From assembly GCA_918797485.1 (NCBI GenBank), contig CAKKNE010000004.1, positions 248,001-312,000 of the forward strand: a stretch of DNA of 64,000 bases. The letters are read 5' to 3'. Both the position numbers and the translations under genes were made by a program. The notes under the pieces were generated by a model that saw nothing but the letters and a program-made list of their open reading frames with translations, had not been told where the DNA came from and ran no database searches. Source of the DNA: Pelagomonas calceolata. Its lineage: Eukaryota. How positions within the stretch are numbered: the stretch's first letter is position 1; the number at the start of each line of letters is the position of its first letter. Positions 33,438 to 44,500 of this stretch are shown here, one piece after another.

Positions 33438-33606
33438 CACACGCCATCGAGCCGCACATCGCGTCATGGGGCGCCCGAAATTTGATTTCCACACAGGCGC
33501 CGTGCCGGGCGGTGTCTTGAATAACGGAGATCGCGTCGAGTACCGCGTCGCCGTGTTCAACGAACGCCCGCGCGCCAAGGACGTCCGGGTGCTGAAGCGT
33601 GCCTGA
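33438..33606 (+). pseudogene. truncated introner (right TIR ends at 33496) followed by an orphan 3' exon resembling the C-terminal half of a cold-shock domain
   Basis: GATTTCCACACAG|GC GCC GTG...: AVPGGVLNNGDRVEYRVAVFNERPRAKDVRVLKRA*; no left TIR or 5' exon found. Confidence 0.45.
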
Positions 33607-33672
33607 GGACTACGCTACGACTCTTCTCCCCTTCTAAACCCCCGTATTATTCCAGATTAACAGACAAACAAC

Positions 33673-34743
33673 TCACAACATCGAAGCCACCGCCTCGGCG
33701 CACCGCGCCGGCTTCGCCGTCACCACGCTCCATCCCCTCTCGCCCGCGAGCGCCTCCGCGCGCGCCGCGGCGTCGGGCGACGCCCCAGGCGTGACGAGCA
33801 CCACCGCACGCCTATCGACGCGATGCGCGGCACTCGCGTCGGGATCGGGCGCGGCCACGACGTCCGCCCGCAGATGCGCCGCGGTGAGCGCAGCGCGTGC
33901 CCGGTCCGCGGCCGCAGTGGGTCCCACCACCAACACAAGGGTCGGCGCCGGCACGAAGCTGGGAGGCGCGCCAGCATGAGTGTCGACCGAGGCTGGCGCC
34001 CAATGCCCCCGCGGCGGCGTGTCGTCTTCAAACACACCGCACGCGCAGACCACCACGGGCGCTCTTGGCTTTTCGTCGCCCTCGCCGGCGACGGCCTCCA
34101 CGGCGCGCACGACGTCCATGCCCGCGATGACGCGCCCAAAGACGACGTGCTTCCCGTCGAGCTGCGGAACCGGCGCGAGCGTGACGAAGAACTGCGAGGA
34201 GTTGGAATTTTTGCCCGAGTTGCCCATCGAGAGCACGCCAGGCGCGTCATGCTGGAGCCGCAGGCCCTTGGTCTCATCTTTGAACTTTTTGCCGAAGCAG
34301 CTCGCGCCGCCCGAGCCGTTGCCTTTCACAATGTCGCCGCCCTGCATAACGAATCCCTTCACGACGCGGTGTACGGGACAATTCGCATAGTGCAGTTTCA
34401 CGCCGCTGCCCTTGTCCACGCCGCGGTCGCCGCGGCACAGCGCTAGGAAGTTCTCCACCGCGAGCGGCGCAATGTTCCCATACAGCTCGAACACGACGCG
34501 GCAGTTCGGCTGCGGCCGCGCCCGCATCGGGCCTTTCGAACTCCACTCGTAGTCGTTCGCGTAGAGCTCGGGCAGACGTAGAACCTCGCCTCCGCCCAAC
34601 TCGTCGATCTTCTTCGACGACAGCGCGTACTTCAGATCGCAGCTCTCGACGAAGTGCGACGCGCGCTTAAATTTCGCGCAGGCGTCGTCGACGTCGAAGT
34701 CGAGGTAGGCGCGTGGCCTATCCTTTGCGAGCTGAGCAGCCAT
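33673..34743 (-). CDS. cyclophilin-type peptidyl-prolyl isomerase
   Basis: APLAVENFLALC, HRVVKGFVMQGGD, LSMGNSGKNSNSSQFFVT, LDGKHVVFGRV. Confidence 0.93.
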   Translation of the reverse strand: MAAQLAKDRPRAYLDFDVDDACAKFKRASHFVESCDLKYALSSKKIDELGGGEVLRLPELYANDYEWSSKGPMRARPQPNCRVVFELYGNIAPLAVENFLALCRGDRGVDKGSGVKLHYANCPVHRVVKGFVMQGGDIVKGNGSGGASCFGKKFKDETKGLRLQHDAPGVLSMGNSGKNSNSSQFFVTLAPVPQLDGKHVVFGRVIAGMDVVRAVEAVAGEGDEKPRAPVVVCACGVFEDDTPPRGHWAPASVDTHAGAPPSFVPAPTLVLVVGPTAAADRARAALTAAHLRADVVAAPDPDASAAHRVDRRAVVLVTPGASPDAAARAEALAGERGWSVVTAKPARCAEAVASML

Positions 34744-34753
34744 TGCTTGAACC

Positions 34754-34819
34754 GCCTCCGTTCGAGCGCTGCGGCCAGTATCGCTTGCCTCCGTTCGAGC
34801 GCTGCGGCCAGTATCGCTT
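34754..34819. repeat. exact 33-bp tandem duplication just upstream of the cyclophilin ATG
   Basis: GCCTCCGTTCGAGCGCTGCGGCCAGTATCGCTT x2. Confidence 0.9.
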
Positions 34820-34995
34820 GCAATGGGCTATTTTGCTGCAGGCAGCACTGCAGGCAGCGCTGCGTCCCTGGTAGCCGCACGGATGGCGCCGACGGCTGCA
34901 GGGGTCTCAAGCGCACCGCTGGCTGCGTCTCGCACCACGTATACGTGCACGACTGCTTGCTATGGCCTGGTGAGCCCTTTTGTGAAGACGGCCGA

Positions 34996-35019
34996 GCTAG
35001 CGGCATGTGAGACACTAGC
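34996..35019 (-). promoter_or_regulatory. promoter palindrome
   Basis: GCTAGTGTCTCACATGCCGCTAGC upstream of the cyclophilin. Confidence 0.7.
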
Positions 35020-35834
35020 AAGGAAACTCGGAACGACATGCAGCCGTTTAAGCATCGTTCAGTTTGCTGTTGTTCCAAAGACATCAATGGGGCACTTACT
35101 GGGGGGCGAAAAAAATAATTTTTTTAATTCGCGATATTGACGACGCCACCATGGCGGCTGCGCCGGTGGAAACCTGTCAATTCGTGGCCCCGAGGTCCCC
35201 CTGGTGTCGCCTAGGGTCGATACAAGTCACGTGCAATCGCCTACGCCGCGTACGCGGGCGCTTCCAGAATAATATACATCTCCCAAGGTGCTTTGCGCTA
35301 TACCTCTATTGGCCATTTTTTTTTTTTTTTTAATGTTTAGGCCATGATTTGCCACAGATTTCGATCCAGAGCTCTCTGGAGAGCCCCAAGAACCGGCGCA
35401 TGCGGCGTAGGGGACCACCCGACCTTAGACCTATCCCGTAGGGCGTCTGCGAGCCGATCTGCATCCGAAAAAAGTAAATAATTTGGACCCGATGGTGCCT
35501 CGTCCCCGTTAAAAACGTCAATTACCCGAGGGCCCCCAGGCCGAACTTCTCGGACCTGCGCGGCGCGTGCACGTTTTACGCGGGAGACGCGGCTCCACGG
35601 CGGCGTTTTGTTTCGTCGCGCCAACGGCACCGCCTCTTCCACGGCGCGGCCACAAGTAACTTACACTGCTGGTTCACATATCAGCTTTTGGTGGTTCACT
35701 CGTCTGAGGAGGCTCGGTTTCCGCCATTGCCATAGACGTTCTCGTTGAAGATATTGTGCTTACGAGGCTCACGACCGTGGCAATTAACCTGAACGTCCAG
35801 GAGCCGCGGAAAAAATTTGGCCGGAGTATAATGA

Positions 35835-35858
35835 GCTAGCGTCTTGTAAGACACTAGC
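35835..35858 (-). promoter_or_regulatory. promoter palindrome (near-perfect dyad)
   Basis: GCTAGTGTCTTACAAGACGCTAGC upstream of the glycosyltransferase. Confidence 0.7.
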
Positions 35859-36085
35859 AAAGCATTTTGGAGGCCAATGCTGCGTATACGACAAACGCGA
35901 CAATCTCACACGTGCCTGAGGTCAGGATTTAAGCATAGAATCGCAGCGCTGCAACGTCGCAATCGCTGCGGCTAAACTCGCATCGCTGCGGTAGATCTGC
36001 TATATCTGCCAGTCTCCAGCGTAGGCCTCAAAGCTCAGTGAACGCACCGAAGCGCTGGACGAATCACAGAAGAACAAGCGCACAA

Positions 36086-37541
36086 ATGAAGCAACGCCGC
36101 AGACGCACGAGTTGTGCTACCGCGAAGCTCGTCGCCGCCGTCGCCGTCGCCCTCTACGTCTACGTCATCATCAGACTCCACCCACACACTCCGCGCCACT
36201 ACGACGGGCCGCAGCTCGGCGAGACGGGCGACGGCTTCGACGCCACGGGCGAAACTGATGACGACGCCGACGCCATCCACCTCGTCTTCTCGACGGACTG
36301 CGGGGGCTACCAGCACTGGCAGGCCATTTCGAGCTGGTACGCGTCGCTGGCGGCGGGCCACCGCGGGCCCGTCACGAGGATCGCGAGCGGCTGCTCCGCC
36401 GAGCAGGCGGCGAAAATCCGGGCGGAGTTCGCGCGCATCGACAAGACGGGCCGCCTCCGCCTCCATGCGGCACCGTCCACAGCAATCGGCGGCTACAAGT
36501 ACAGCAACAAGCCCGGCGGCCTCGTGCACTTTTTGCAGCACGCGCCCGTCGACGCTAGGTTCGTGGCCCTCGTGGATCCCGACATGCTCATGATCAAGCC
36601 GCTGACGTTGGATGTGGGGCGGGGGACGCGGCGGCCGCGCGGCACGAAGCTGACGGAATACGTCGTCGACGGCGTCGCGGCGGCGCTGAGCGTCTTTGGG
36701 GATTTGCCGGGGCATGTGGCCCACGGCGCGCCCGCGGGCCAGCACTTCGGCGTCGGCGGCGCGTGGCAGCGTGCGGGCCCCGGCGCGCGGCCGGCCTGGG
36801 CGGGCTTCAGCAAGGCCGCCGTCTGTGGCGCGGGCGCGCCGTGCACGCCTGTGTGGAAATCAACCAGTGAGTTAGGTTACGGGGACAACGTCGCGTCGAT
36901 GGCGTGGGGCGTCCGAAAGTTGATCTCCACACAGGTGCACGCGGACGACGGCGAAGGAGGCCGACGAGAAATTTGCCGTGGGACCGGTTTATATTGCTCA
37001 CGTCGACGACTGGAAAAATCTAGCGCCGGCGTGGTGGGCGGCCATGCCTAGAGTTCATGAGCAGTACCCGCATCTCCTCGCCGAAATGTATGCGTTAACG
37101 ATGAGCGCCGCAAACATGACGACACCGTGGTCGCAGCTGTCGTCATATATGGTGAGTGACCCTCGGACCATGTCTCCGACCGAGGCCTGGGCGTGGATCG
37201 ACGATTTAGCGACGCGCGAGGGGCCGGGAGCCGTCTGCGCCGGCGCCACGGCGACGACGCTGCCCGCCGCGACGCGCGACCGGTCGCGCGTCGCGCTGCC
37301 AGTGTTCCTGCACTTTTGCCAAAGATACGAGCTCGCGGGGTATTTCTTCGCCAAGAGGCGGCTTGACCACGGCTTCTTTGGGTGTGGGAGTGAACCACTC
37401 CGATTTGATGCTGACGCGATCATCGGCGGCCTCGGGGGCTCCCCGTCGACCACTGCGGTTCGAACGGCCTTTATGCTCTGCCACATCATCCCGATGATGA
37501 ATTCATTTCTAGCCTCGTACAAACGGGACGCCTGTGATTAA
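36086..37541 (+). CDS. peptidyl-serine galactosyltransferase / hydroxyproline arabinosyltransferase-like glycosyltransferase; intron 36841-36934
   Basis: TM anchor, HLVFSTDC..YQHWQ, GPVTRIASGC, YSNKPGGL, LVDPDM, GPVYI, LLAEMYA, LHFCQRY. Confidence 0.85.
36841..36934 (+). mobile_element. introner element forming a 94-nt GT-AG intron
   Basis: Perfect TSD GTGCACGC (36841-36848, 36935-36942); TIRs at 36849 and 36934; removal restores the frame (APCTRTTAKEADEKFAVGPVY). Confidence 0.95.
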
Positions 37542-37561
37542 GTGATTAGTTGTTACAAAAC

Positions 37562-38478
37562 TTAGAGTGGCGTCATATCCTGGACGGCGCGAAGATCCTC
37601 GGCGAACCACCAGTTGTGCGGCGCTTCGACATGCATGAACGGCGACGACTCGACGACGGCGACGGCCGCGGGCACGGACCAGCTCAGCCTGGGCGGCGGC
37701 CTTTCGGGCACGTGGGACCCAAATTTCGTGTAGACCCGCTCCGGCGGCTTCTCGTCCACCACCACATCATCAGGCGCAAACCGCGGGCCGGCGATTTGCT
37801 CGAACGCCGCCTTCGCAGCGTCGCGGTCGTTCGGCTCCGCCGCCCACCGCATGACGGTGCAGTGGCAGATGTCCGGCAGATGCGGTGCAGGATCATCAGC
37901 CGCGCACACCGACGGCGGCCTCCCTTTGCTCCGGTCGCCACCGCCCACGACCTATGTAAAAATCAAAGTTCAAGGCACCGCACGCCATCGACGCGAGATC
38001 GGTTGATTTCCACGCCGCCTGCGACAGCGTGGCCGCCCCGCGCCCGGATCGACAGCTCGAGCGCGGACCGCATCGCCGCGATGGCCCCGTCCTCGTCGCT
38101 AATGTCCAGCGTCGCGCAGCCGCCCCGAAACGTCGCGCCCGTGACACGCAGCCGGAAGGGCGACGGCGGCCAGCCCTGAGAAATTTTTGCGCCGTCCAGG
38201 ATGTGCCGCCACTCGTCCAGCGTCACCTCGCGGTCCGCGGGATTCAGTTTCGCCGCGTCGTATCGTCTAAGCGTCGCGATCGTCACGTGGAGGTGCTCCG
38301 GCGGCATCCAATAGGCGCCGTTAAGCCGGTGGTCGCGTTCGAGTGTTGCACGCGCCTGCGCCCACTCATTTCTCAGCTCGTCGGAGACCGGGTACGCCAA
38401 GAGCAGCAGCCCGAAGTGGTCGTCGGACGCCTCGCCCTTCTTCAGGGCGGCGGCGTCTGCTGAGGCCCAGGCGCTCAT
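37562..38478 (-). CDS. 2H phosphoesterase superfamily protein; intron 37952-38025
   Basis: Two HxT motifs, HLHVTIA and ICHCTV, one in each exon. Confidence 0.8.
37952..38025 (-). mobile_element. degenerate introner, 74-nt GT-AG intron
   Basis: TSD GTCGCAGG/GTCGTGGG (6/8); eroded TIRs CGGCGTGGAAATC...GATTTTTACATAG. Confidence 0.8.
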
Positions 38479-38565
38479 CACTGGCACAGATGCTTATGTT
38501 ATACAGCTTCCGTTTGAATTATAACCCACGATCAAAGCAAAAAAGCGTTTTGGGCAGCCAGGATA

Positions 38566-38589
38566 GCTAGCGGCATGTAACACACTAGC
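38566..38589 (-). promoter_or_regulatory. promoter palindrome
   Basis: GCTAGTGTGTTACATGCCGCTAGC, centred in a ~210-bp divergent gap. Confidence 0.7.
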
Positions 38590-38690
38590 AAGCTGCCAAC
38601 TAAACTTGGGCAGCCCAAAAACGGAAGCCATGCATTGCATTCGAGACGAGGCTGCCCCAAACGCATGCCCTAATATGCCATAACACACCA

Positions 38691-40400
38691 ATGCGTCGAC
38701 CGCGCGACCCAAGACGCAACAAGAAGCAGCGCCCGGTCGCCGCCCTCGCTGGGGCAGCATTGATCGTCGTCGTGTCGGTTCCCTACGTGGCCCTGCACCT
38801 GCCGCAGCAACGAACGCAGCGCACGGAAGCGACACCTATCATACCCGACGAGCTCCACGACCAGCCATTCGCGATTTATGACTCTTTCGTATCCGCCAAG
38901 GATCGCTGCTCGACAGCGACAGTGATAGCGCAGCTCGACGGCGGGCCGAGCCGCCGGCTCGCCGTGCTGCGCGCCGCGGGTTTAGAGGAATGGAACAATA
39001 AAAGACAGGAGCTGCGGCGGTCGCTCGACGGCTGCGAGGCCTGCGTGGCCGGGCGCATGCGCGTGCGGCCGGCCGTGAAGGAGGCGGCCGCCGCGCACCT
39101 GGCGAAGCTGGGCGGTTTGCCGCAAAGTCTGGAGTGCGGCTTTGGCGATGAGAGGTGGGTCGCCGCGGCGGAGCATCTCGAGCGGAGTGCCAATAAAGGA
39201 CTCGAGCGGAAGGCCACGTTGATCGTCGAGTGTCCCGTGCCGCGCGATTTGATGGAGGCGGCGTGCGCCGGGCGCTTGACGATTGCGTTGAGAACGCCTG
39301 GTAGGTTGAGACCACACCCGGCGGTCCCGCTCCACGTGCAACGCCAGGCGACGCCAACGTTTTTAGGCGCGTGCCTCTGGGCGACGGGCGACGCGTTTGC
39401 GGAACGATCCAAGCGCGTCGGCACCGCCACGGCTAAGAGTGAAGAGGAGGTGGCAACGTGGCTCGCGCTGCACGAGGTCGCGGGCGTCGAGCGCTTTCTG
39501 GTGTTTGATAATAGTAAAGGCGTCCACGCGCGAGCCTTGAAAGGGCAATTCCAGTCGCCCCTCGACGCCGTCTACGCGCCCTTTATTCAGAGAGGTATGC
39601 TGGAGGTTGTCCCGTGGCCTGACGAGCGTTTTTTGGACGAGCGCGTCCAGGCCGCGACGGAGGGGAACCTGACCGCCCAAACCTTCTTCGGACGACCGTC
39701 GCAGTTCGCTGCTATAAACAGCTGCCACCGGCGCATGCTCGCACAAAGTGTCGAGTGGGTCTTACATGCGGACGCGGACGAGTACGCTCTGCCATCCGTC
39801 CCGAGCGAGTCGCTACAGGATGTGCTGAGGAGGCAACCGCCAGCAACGGCCTACGCCATGCCGTCGATCTTCTACGCGCCCTGTGAAGGCTCGAACGATG
39901 GGTTGAAATCACTGACCTGCGCCGGCCGGGCCGTCATGCACCGCCGGAAGATCATCGCGCATGCACGTCAGGCGCGGCTCCTCCACCCGCACGGCGTGGC
40001 GATTGGGGGAGAGGCTGCGGAGCTGGACCCATCGAAAGACGCGCGCCTCGTCCACGCGCGGCGGGGCTACAGCTTCGATGACGCGTACGTCGCGCGCGCG
40101 GTCATGGGCACGCGGGAAGGCGGCGCGTCGAGGAGGGACACGGCTCGTTTTGACGAGCTCGTGCGGCCGCGCCTCGCGGGTCCCGGGACGGTGCCCTGCG
40201 TGGACGCGCCGGCGGGGCGCGTGACGTCAAAGGCGCTCCCTGGTGAAAGGCGCGTCGAGATGTGGACGCGGCGCCGCGACGCCATGGAGGTCTGCGACAG
40301 CGCGGACAAGAGTTGGAGGTGGTGCTGGTGCGTCGATTCTGATGTTGCGACGGCGTGGGCGCCGCGCGTCGAGGCGGCGCGGCGGCGGCTTTATGGCTAA
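38691..40400 (+). CDS. type II membrane glycosyltransferase (GT92/DUF23-like)
   Basis: TM anchor, WLALHEVAGVERFLVFDN, QFAAINSC, WVLHADADEY. Confidence 0.78.
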   Translation: MRRPRDPRRNKKQRPVAALAGAALIVVVSVPYVALHLPQQRTQRTEATPIIPDELHDQPFAIYDSFVSAKDRCSTATVIAQLDGGPSRRLAVLRAAGLEEWNNKRQELRRSLDGCEACVAGRMRVRPAVKEAAAAHLAKLGGLPQSLECGFGDERWVAAAEHLERSANKGLERKATLIVECPVPRDLMEAACAGRLTIALRTPGRLRPHPAVPLHVQRQATPTFLGACLWATGDAFAERSKRVGTATAKSEEEVATWLALHEVAGVERFLVFDNSKGVHARALKGQFQSPLDAVYAPFIQRGMLEVVPWPDERFLDERVQAATEGNLTAQTFFGRPSQFAAINSCHRRMLAQSVEWVLHADADEYALPSVPSESLQDVLRRQPPATAYAMPSIFYAPCEGSNDGLKSLTCAGRAVMHRRKIIAHARQARLLHPHGVAIGGEAAELDPSKDARLVHARRGYSFDDAYVARAVMGTREGGASRRDTARFDELVRPRLAGPGTVPCVDAPAGRVTSKALPGERRVEMWTRRRDAMEVCDSADKSWRWCWCVDSDVATAWAPRVEAARRRLYG

Positions 40401-40427
40401 CTTAAACTGTTATGTGTCACAAAATTA

Positions 40428-41378
40428 CTAAACAAAGGCGCCGAGCCGCACCCGCTCGCGGTCGAGGGCCTGGAACGCCACCTTGGCGACGACGAGGGCC
40501 GGATCCAATGGGGGCGGCGCATCCGCGGCTGCAATCGCGCGGTCGTCGCCGGCCCGCCGTTCCACATATGTTGAGGCGGCCGAACCGTCACTCGCGTAGG
40601 CGTCCTCGGCGGCGCCGAACGGCCACCAACGGCGGTGCGGCCTCCACGCCCGCACGACGCTCGCGACGGTGCAGGGAAGTCCATGGTTTGACCGCCACGT
40701 CGTTTGCGTGACACCAGGCAGCTTCACGCGTACACAGGTATAACCACAGGGCGTGTCGAACGCGTCTGCTACATCAAAAAATGAGGTCCTTGGCCGCGGC
40801 GCGAGACTTGCTGTGGCGCCAGCACCGCGTCGTACAGATACTACGCCGCTTGGCGAGCGCTCGGCCGTCGCCACATCGCGTCCGAAGAGCGACACGCGCA
40901 ATTTGTCGTCTCGATCCGCTTCGACGGATCCGATGACGCGATCGCCGTGCCTGAGACGGAGTAGTGGCCCCACCACCCCGTGATTCCTTTCGTCGAGCTC
41001 GAACTCTTTCGGAAATTCGTCCGCCCCCGCGACTCGAAGCGTGTCTGGATCAACGCGGAGCTCCGGTCCGGTCCGCGCGCGCTCGAACGCCGCCGCAAGC
41101 TCCTCATCAAGTGAGCGAATGGTGCGGTGCGCCACAGCGCGTGCGTCGGTGGTATGACTCGGTTGCGGAGCGGCGCGTGGCGGCACGTATGACGGCTGCG
41201 ATTCCGGTCGCAGGAGCAGATCGGCCGCGTCGCGCGCAGCCAAGAATTGAGTAGCGGAGCCACCCTTACGGTCCGGGTGCGTCTCCAGGGCCTTTTTGCG
41301 GAAGGCGGCTTGTATGTGCCGTGAGCTTGCGTTGGGTGCCACGCCTAGCAGGCGTGCAGCGCTGGTGCGACAGGCCAT
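40428..41378 (-). CDS. DnaJ-domain protein
   Basis: LLGV...IQAAFRKKALETHPDRKGG. Confidence 0.8.
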   Translation of the reverse strand: MACRTSAARLLGVAPNASSRHIQAAFRKKALETHPDRKGGSATQFLAARDAADLLLRPESQPSYVPPRAAPQPSHTTDARAVAHRTIRSLDEELAAAFERARTGPELRVDPDTLRVAGADEFPKEFELDERNHGVVGPLLRLRHGDRVIGSVEADRDDKLRVSLFGRDVATAERSPSGVVSVRRGAGATASLAPRPRTSFFDVADAFDTPCGYTCVRVKLPGVTQTTWRSNHGLPCTVASVVRAWRPHRRWWPFGAAEDAYASDGSAASTYVERRAGDDRAIAAADAPPPLDPALVVAKVAFQALDRERVRLGAFV

Positions 41379-41464
41379 CACACTACGGCTCTCTCCCGGC
41401 AGTTTCTGGCACCACTAAGGCGGCTATGGCCATAGATGGCCCGCTGAGCTTGGGCCGTGGATTT

Positions 41465-41489
41465 CCTAGTGTCTTTACAGGACGCTAGC
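41465..41489 (+). promoter_or_regulatory. promoter palindrome
   Basis: CCTAGTGTCTTTACAGGACGCTAGC, centred in a ~195-bp divergent gap. Confidence 0.7.
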
Positions 41490-41572
41490 CGCGGAGAGCG
41501 GCCAAAAAAAGGGCCTAGAACTCAAATTTACAGGCAGTTTTTGCACCATAACACGGTCTGGGTTCGTTATTT

Positions 41573-44500
41573 ATGCAGCAGCAGTCGTCGCCGGCTGTGG
41601 GAGCCGGCGCGGCGCCGCGCGTCGCGGTAGAAACTGCAGGAGAGCGCTTGGCGCCCGCGGCTCAAAATGCCGCCTTGCCGCCGGCCTACGCCGCACAACA
41701 CGCGCTCGTAGCCGCGCCGCAGCACCCAGCTGCGTGGGGCGCGGTTCCGCCGGCCGTATACGCGCCACAACACGCACTGGTCGCCGCGCCGTACGGCTTC
41801 CCACCGGTCGCGGCGGCGCCGCCGCCATACCCAGCAGTAGCGCCGGACAACGCGCTGACGGCACTGGAGCTCGCCCTCGCCCCGAAAGTAGAACCGACGC
41901 CCGCGTTTCTCGAGCTCGGGCGCTGGGTCGAGGCCCACGTCGCGAACGTTGAGAGAAGACGGAGCGTCCTCGACGCCGCCGAGTCGCTCGAAGACCTGAA
42001 GGCGTGCGACGCCGAAGAACTGGAGGAGATCCTCGACCTGAACACGTGGCCGCGCCTCGCGCGGCAGCGCTTCCTGGGCGCGTGGCGCGAGCTGAAAGGC
42101 GAGGCTCAGGAGGAGGAGGTCGAGGAAGGCGCTTTGGTCCCCTTCGCGCTGCCGACATTCGCCGTCGGCGCACTCGTCGACGCGGATTTTCAGGCGCGGG
42201 GCCACTACTTCCCGGCCATAATCGACGCGGCCCACGGCGACGGATCGTACCGCGTCGTTTTTGATGACGGAGCCGTCGAAGAGCGTACGGATCGCGTGCG
42301 GGCCTCGCCGTGGCGGCGGGACGGGAACCGGTGGGACGGCCGGCCGCTCCTCTGCCCGTGGGGGCGGATTGGCGCTTCGAATTGTACCTGTGCCGCGGCG
42401 CTCGTGAAGTGGCTCCCGGCGGACGGCAACACGCCGGCGCTCTACCGTGTCGAGTGCCGCGGCGTGCACGCCGGCGCGCGCATGGATCTACAAGCTGCCG
42501 CGTTAGAATCTTGTGTGAGGGCCTACCGACCGCCGCCGCCGCGCGCGCCGTTAGCCCTCGCCGCGGCGCCGCTCGCCCTCGACCCCGACCGCGCCGCGTT
42601 GGCCGAGCGCGTCGCGCGGGCCGGGCGGGACGCCATGGACGTCGACGGCGGCGACGTGGCCGCGCCAGTCCAGGACGATGATGATATCGAGGCGCCGCCG
42701 CCGGCCGCCGACGAGGATGATGACGCCGACATGACCGGCGAAGCCACGAATCGCGAGTCCGAGCCAGACGAGCCCATAGACGGCGAGGCGAGCGACGACG
42801 AGCCCGTCGATGGCGCGGCGTCGTTTCCGGTGGGGTCTTGGGTGCGCCACGCCACGACGGGTGCGAAGGCTGTCGTCATCAGAGTCATCAATGGGCGCAG
42901 CCGCGCCGTCCGCTGCGTCGAGGGCCAGAGTGAAGAGAAATGGAGTCTGACGCAGATTGATATCGCACCAGGCACCCCACCTGCCGCCCTCGTCCGCGAA
43001 GCCGCGGCGTATAGCGCAAAGCGCGGAGCTTGGGTGCGCGACACTGAAACCGGCACGTGCGGATTTCTCGTCGATATCAGCCAAACTGGCTGGAGAACCA
43101 TCCTCTGCGACGACGGCGAAGAGTTAAAGCGGTTTCCACGCTTTTTCCGCCTCGCCGATGGTTCCGCACCGGCGGGCCTCGTCGCCAAGGCCGCGGCGTG
43201 GCGCAAGTCTACGAAGAAAAAGGCCCCCCCGCCGCCGCCTCTGCGGAAACGCGCGGCGCCGGCCGACGCCGAGTCCTCGGAAGAAGAGGACGAAGAGCAG
43301 TCAGAAGAGAGCGCCGCGCCGAAGCGCGCGCGAGCGCCGAGGAAATCTGGCGACGCCGTGTCTTTCCCAGTGGGGTCGTGGGTACGGGACGCCAAGGCCA
43401 TGCGGGGTCCGGGGGACAATCCCATCGGCGGGACCGGTGCCGACGGCATCGTCGTTCAAATCACTGGAGGCTGGAGGACCATCCTCTGCGCCGACGGCAC
43501 TACACTAAAAAGGCACCAGCCCTCGCTCCAGCCCGCGCCCGGCTCGCCGCCCGCCGCCCTCGTAGCTAAAGCCGCCAAGTGGCAAGCACCGGCGACGCCG
43601 AAGCCGCCTCCTCGCGCCACGGCGCCTCCGCGCACGGCACCTCCGCGCGCGGCGCGCGCCGATGCTCCGCCGCGAGCCCAGCAGCCGCGCCCGAAGGGGG
43701 CCCCGGAAGGCGCCGTCTTCGACCACGCGGTGAAGTGGCTCGGCGAATGGCGGTCGCCGACGTCAAGCAGCAATAATCGCATTCGGCCCTTGTGGTGCGT
43801 CTGGCGACCTGGTATTCGCCTGCTGGACGACGACGAGTTAGATACACCGATGCGGAAGAAGGGTGCCTGGGAGGTTCGGTGGGCGGACCGTACGGAAAGC
43901 TTCGTGGCGCGCTCGGACGTGAGGGTCTGCGTCCCGACGCGCGAGCGCCTCAAGGCCGAGGCCCAAGCACTGGCGCCACCTCCACCAAAGCGGGCTCGAC
44001 GCGTAACCGAGTCGCCGCAGCCGCCGCGGCGGCCGCCGTCGCCCCAGGACCACGACCCGCCGGCGCCGCGCCGCTGCGAAAAACGGAACGCCAGCGCCGA
44101 CACGCGCGCGCTCGCCGAGTACTTACGGGTCTGCGGCGCCCAAGACCCAGAGAAGCTTGCCTCTGGCTGGACTTTTTCTTACAAGACGCGCATGTTCGGT
44201 AACACGGCGGGGACCGGAGATAGATACTTTCATCCGCCGGACGGCGGAAAGCAGCTGAGAAGCATGGCCGAGGTCGCACGCTGGCATGGCCTCGCGGCGG
44301 CGACGTCGCGCGGCGGACCAGGCAAAATTCTCTCCGAAGAGGAGAAGCGCGAGCTAGAAGAACGACGAGCTATGGCCAAGGAAGACGGGCGGGCCGCGTC
44401 GCGCACCGGCCATCCGCCGGAAAAGCGCGACTGGTACGCGGTCGCGGGCGGCAAGAAGAAAGATTATACCCCTGCAGCGGACGGCCTCATCACGAAAATA

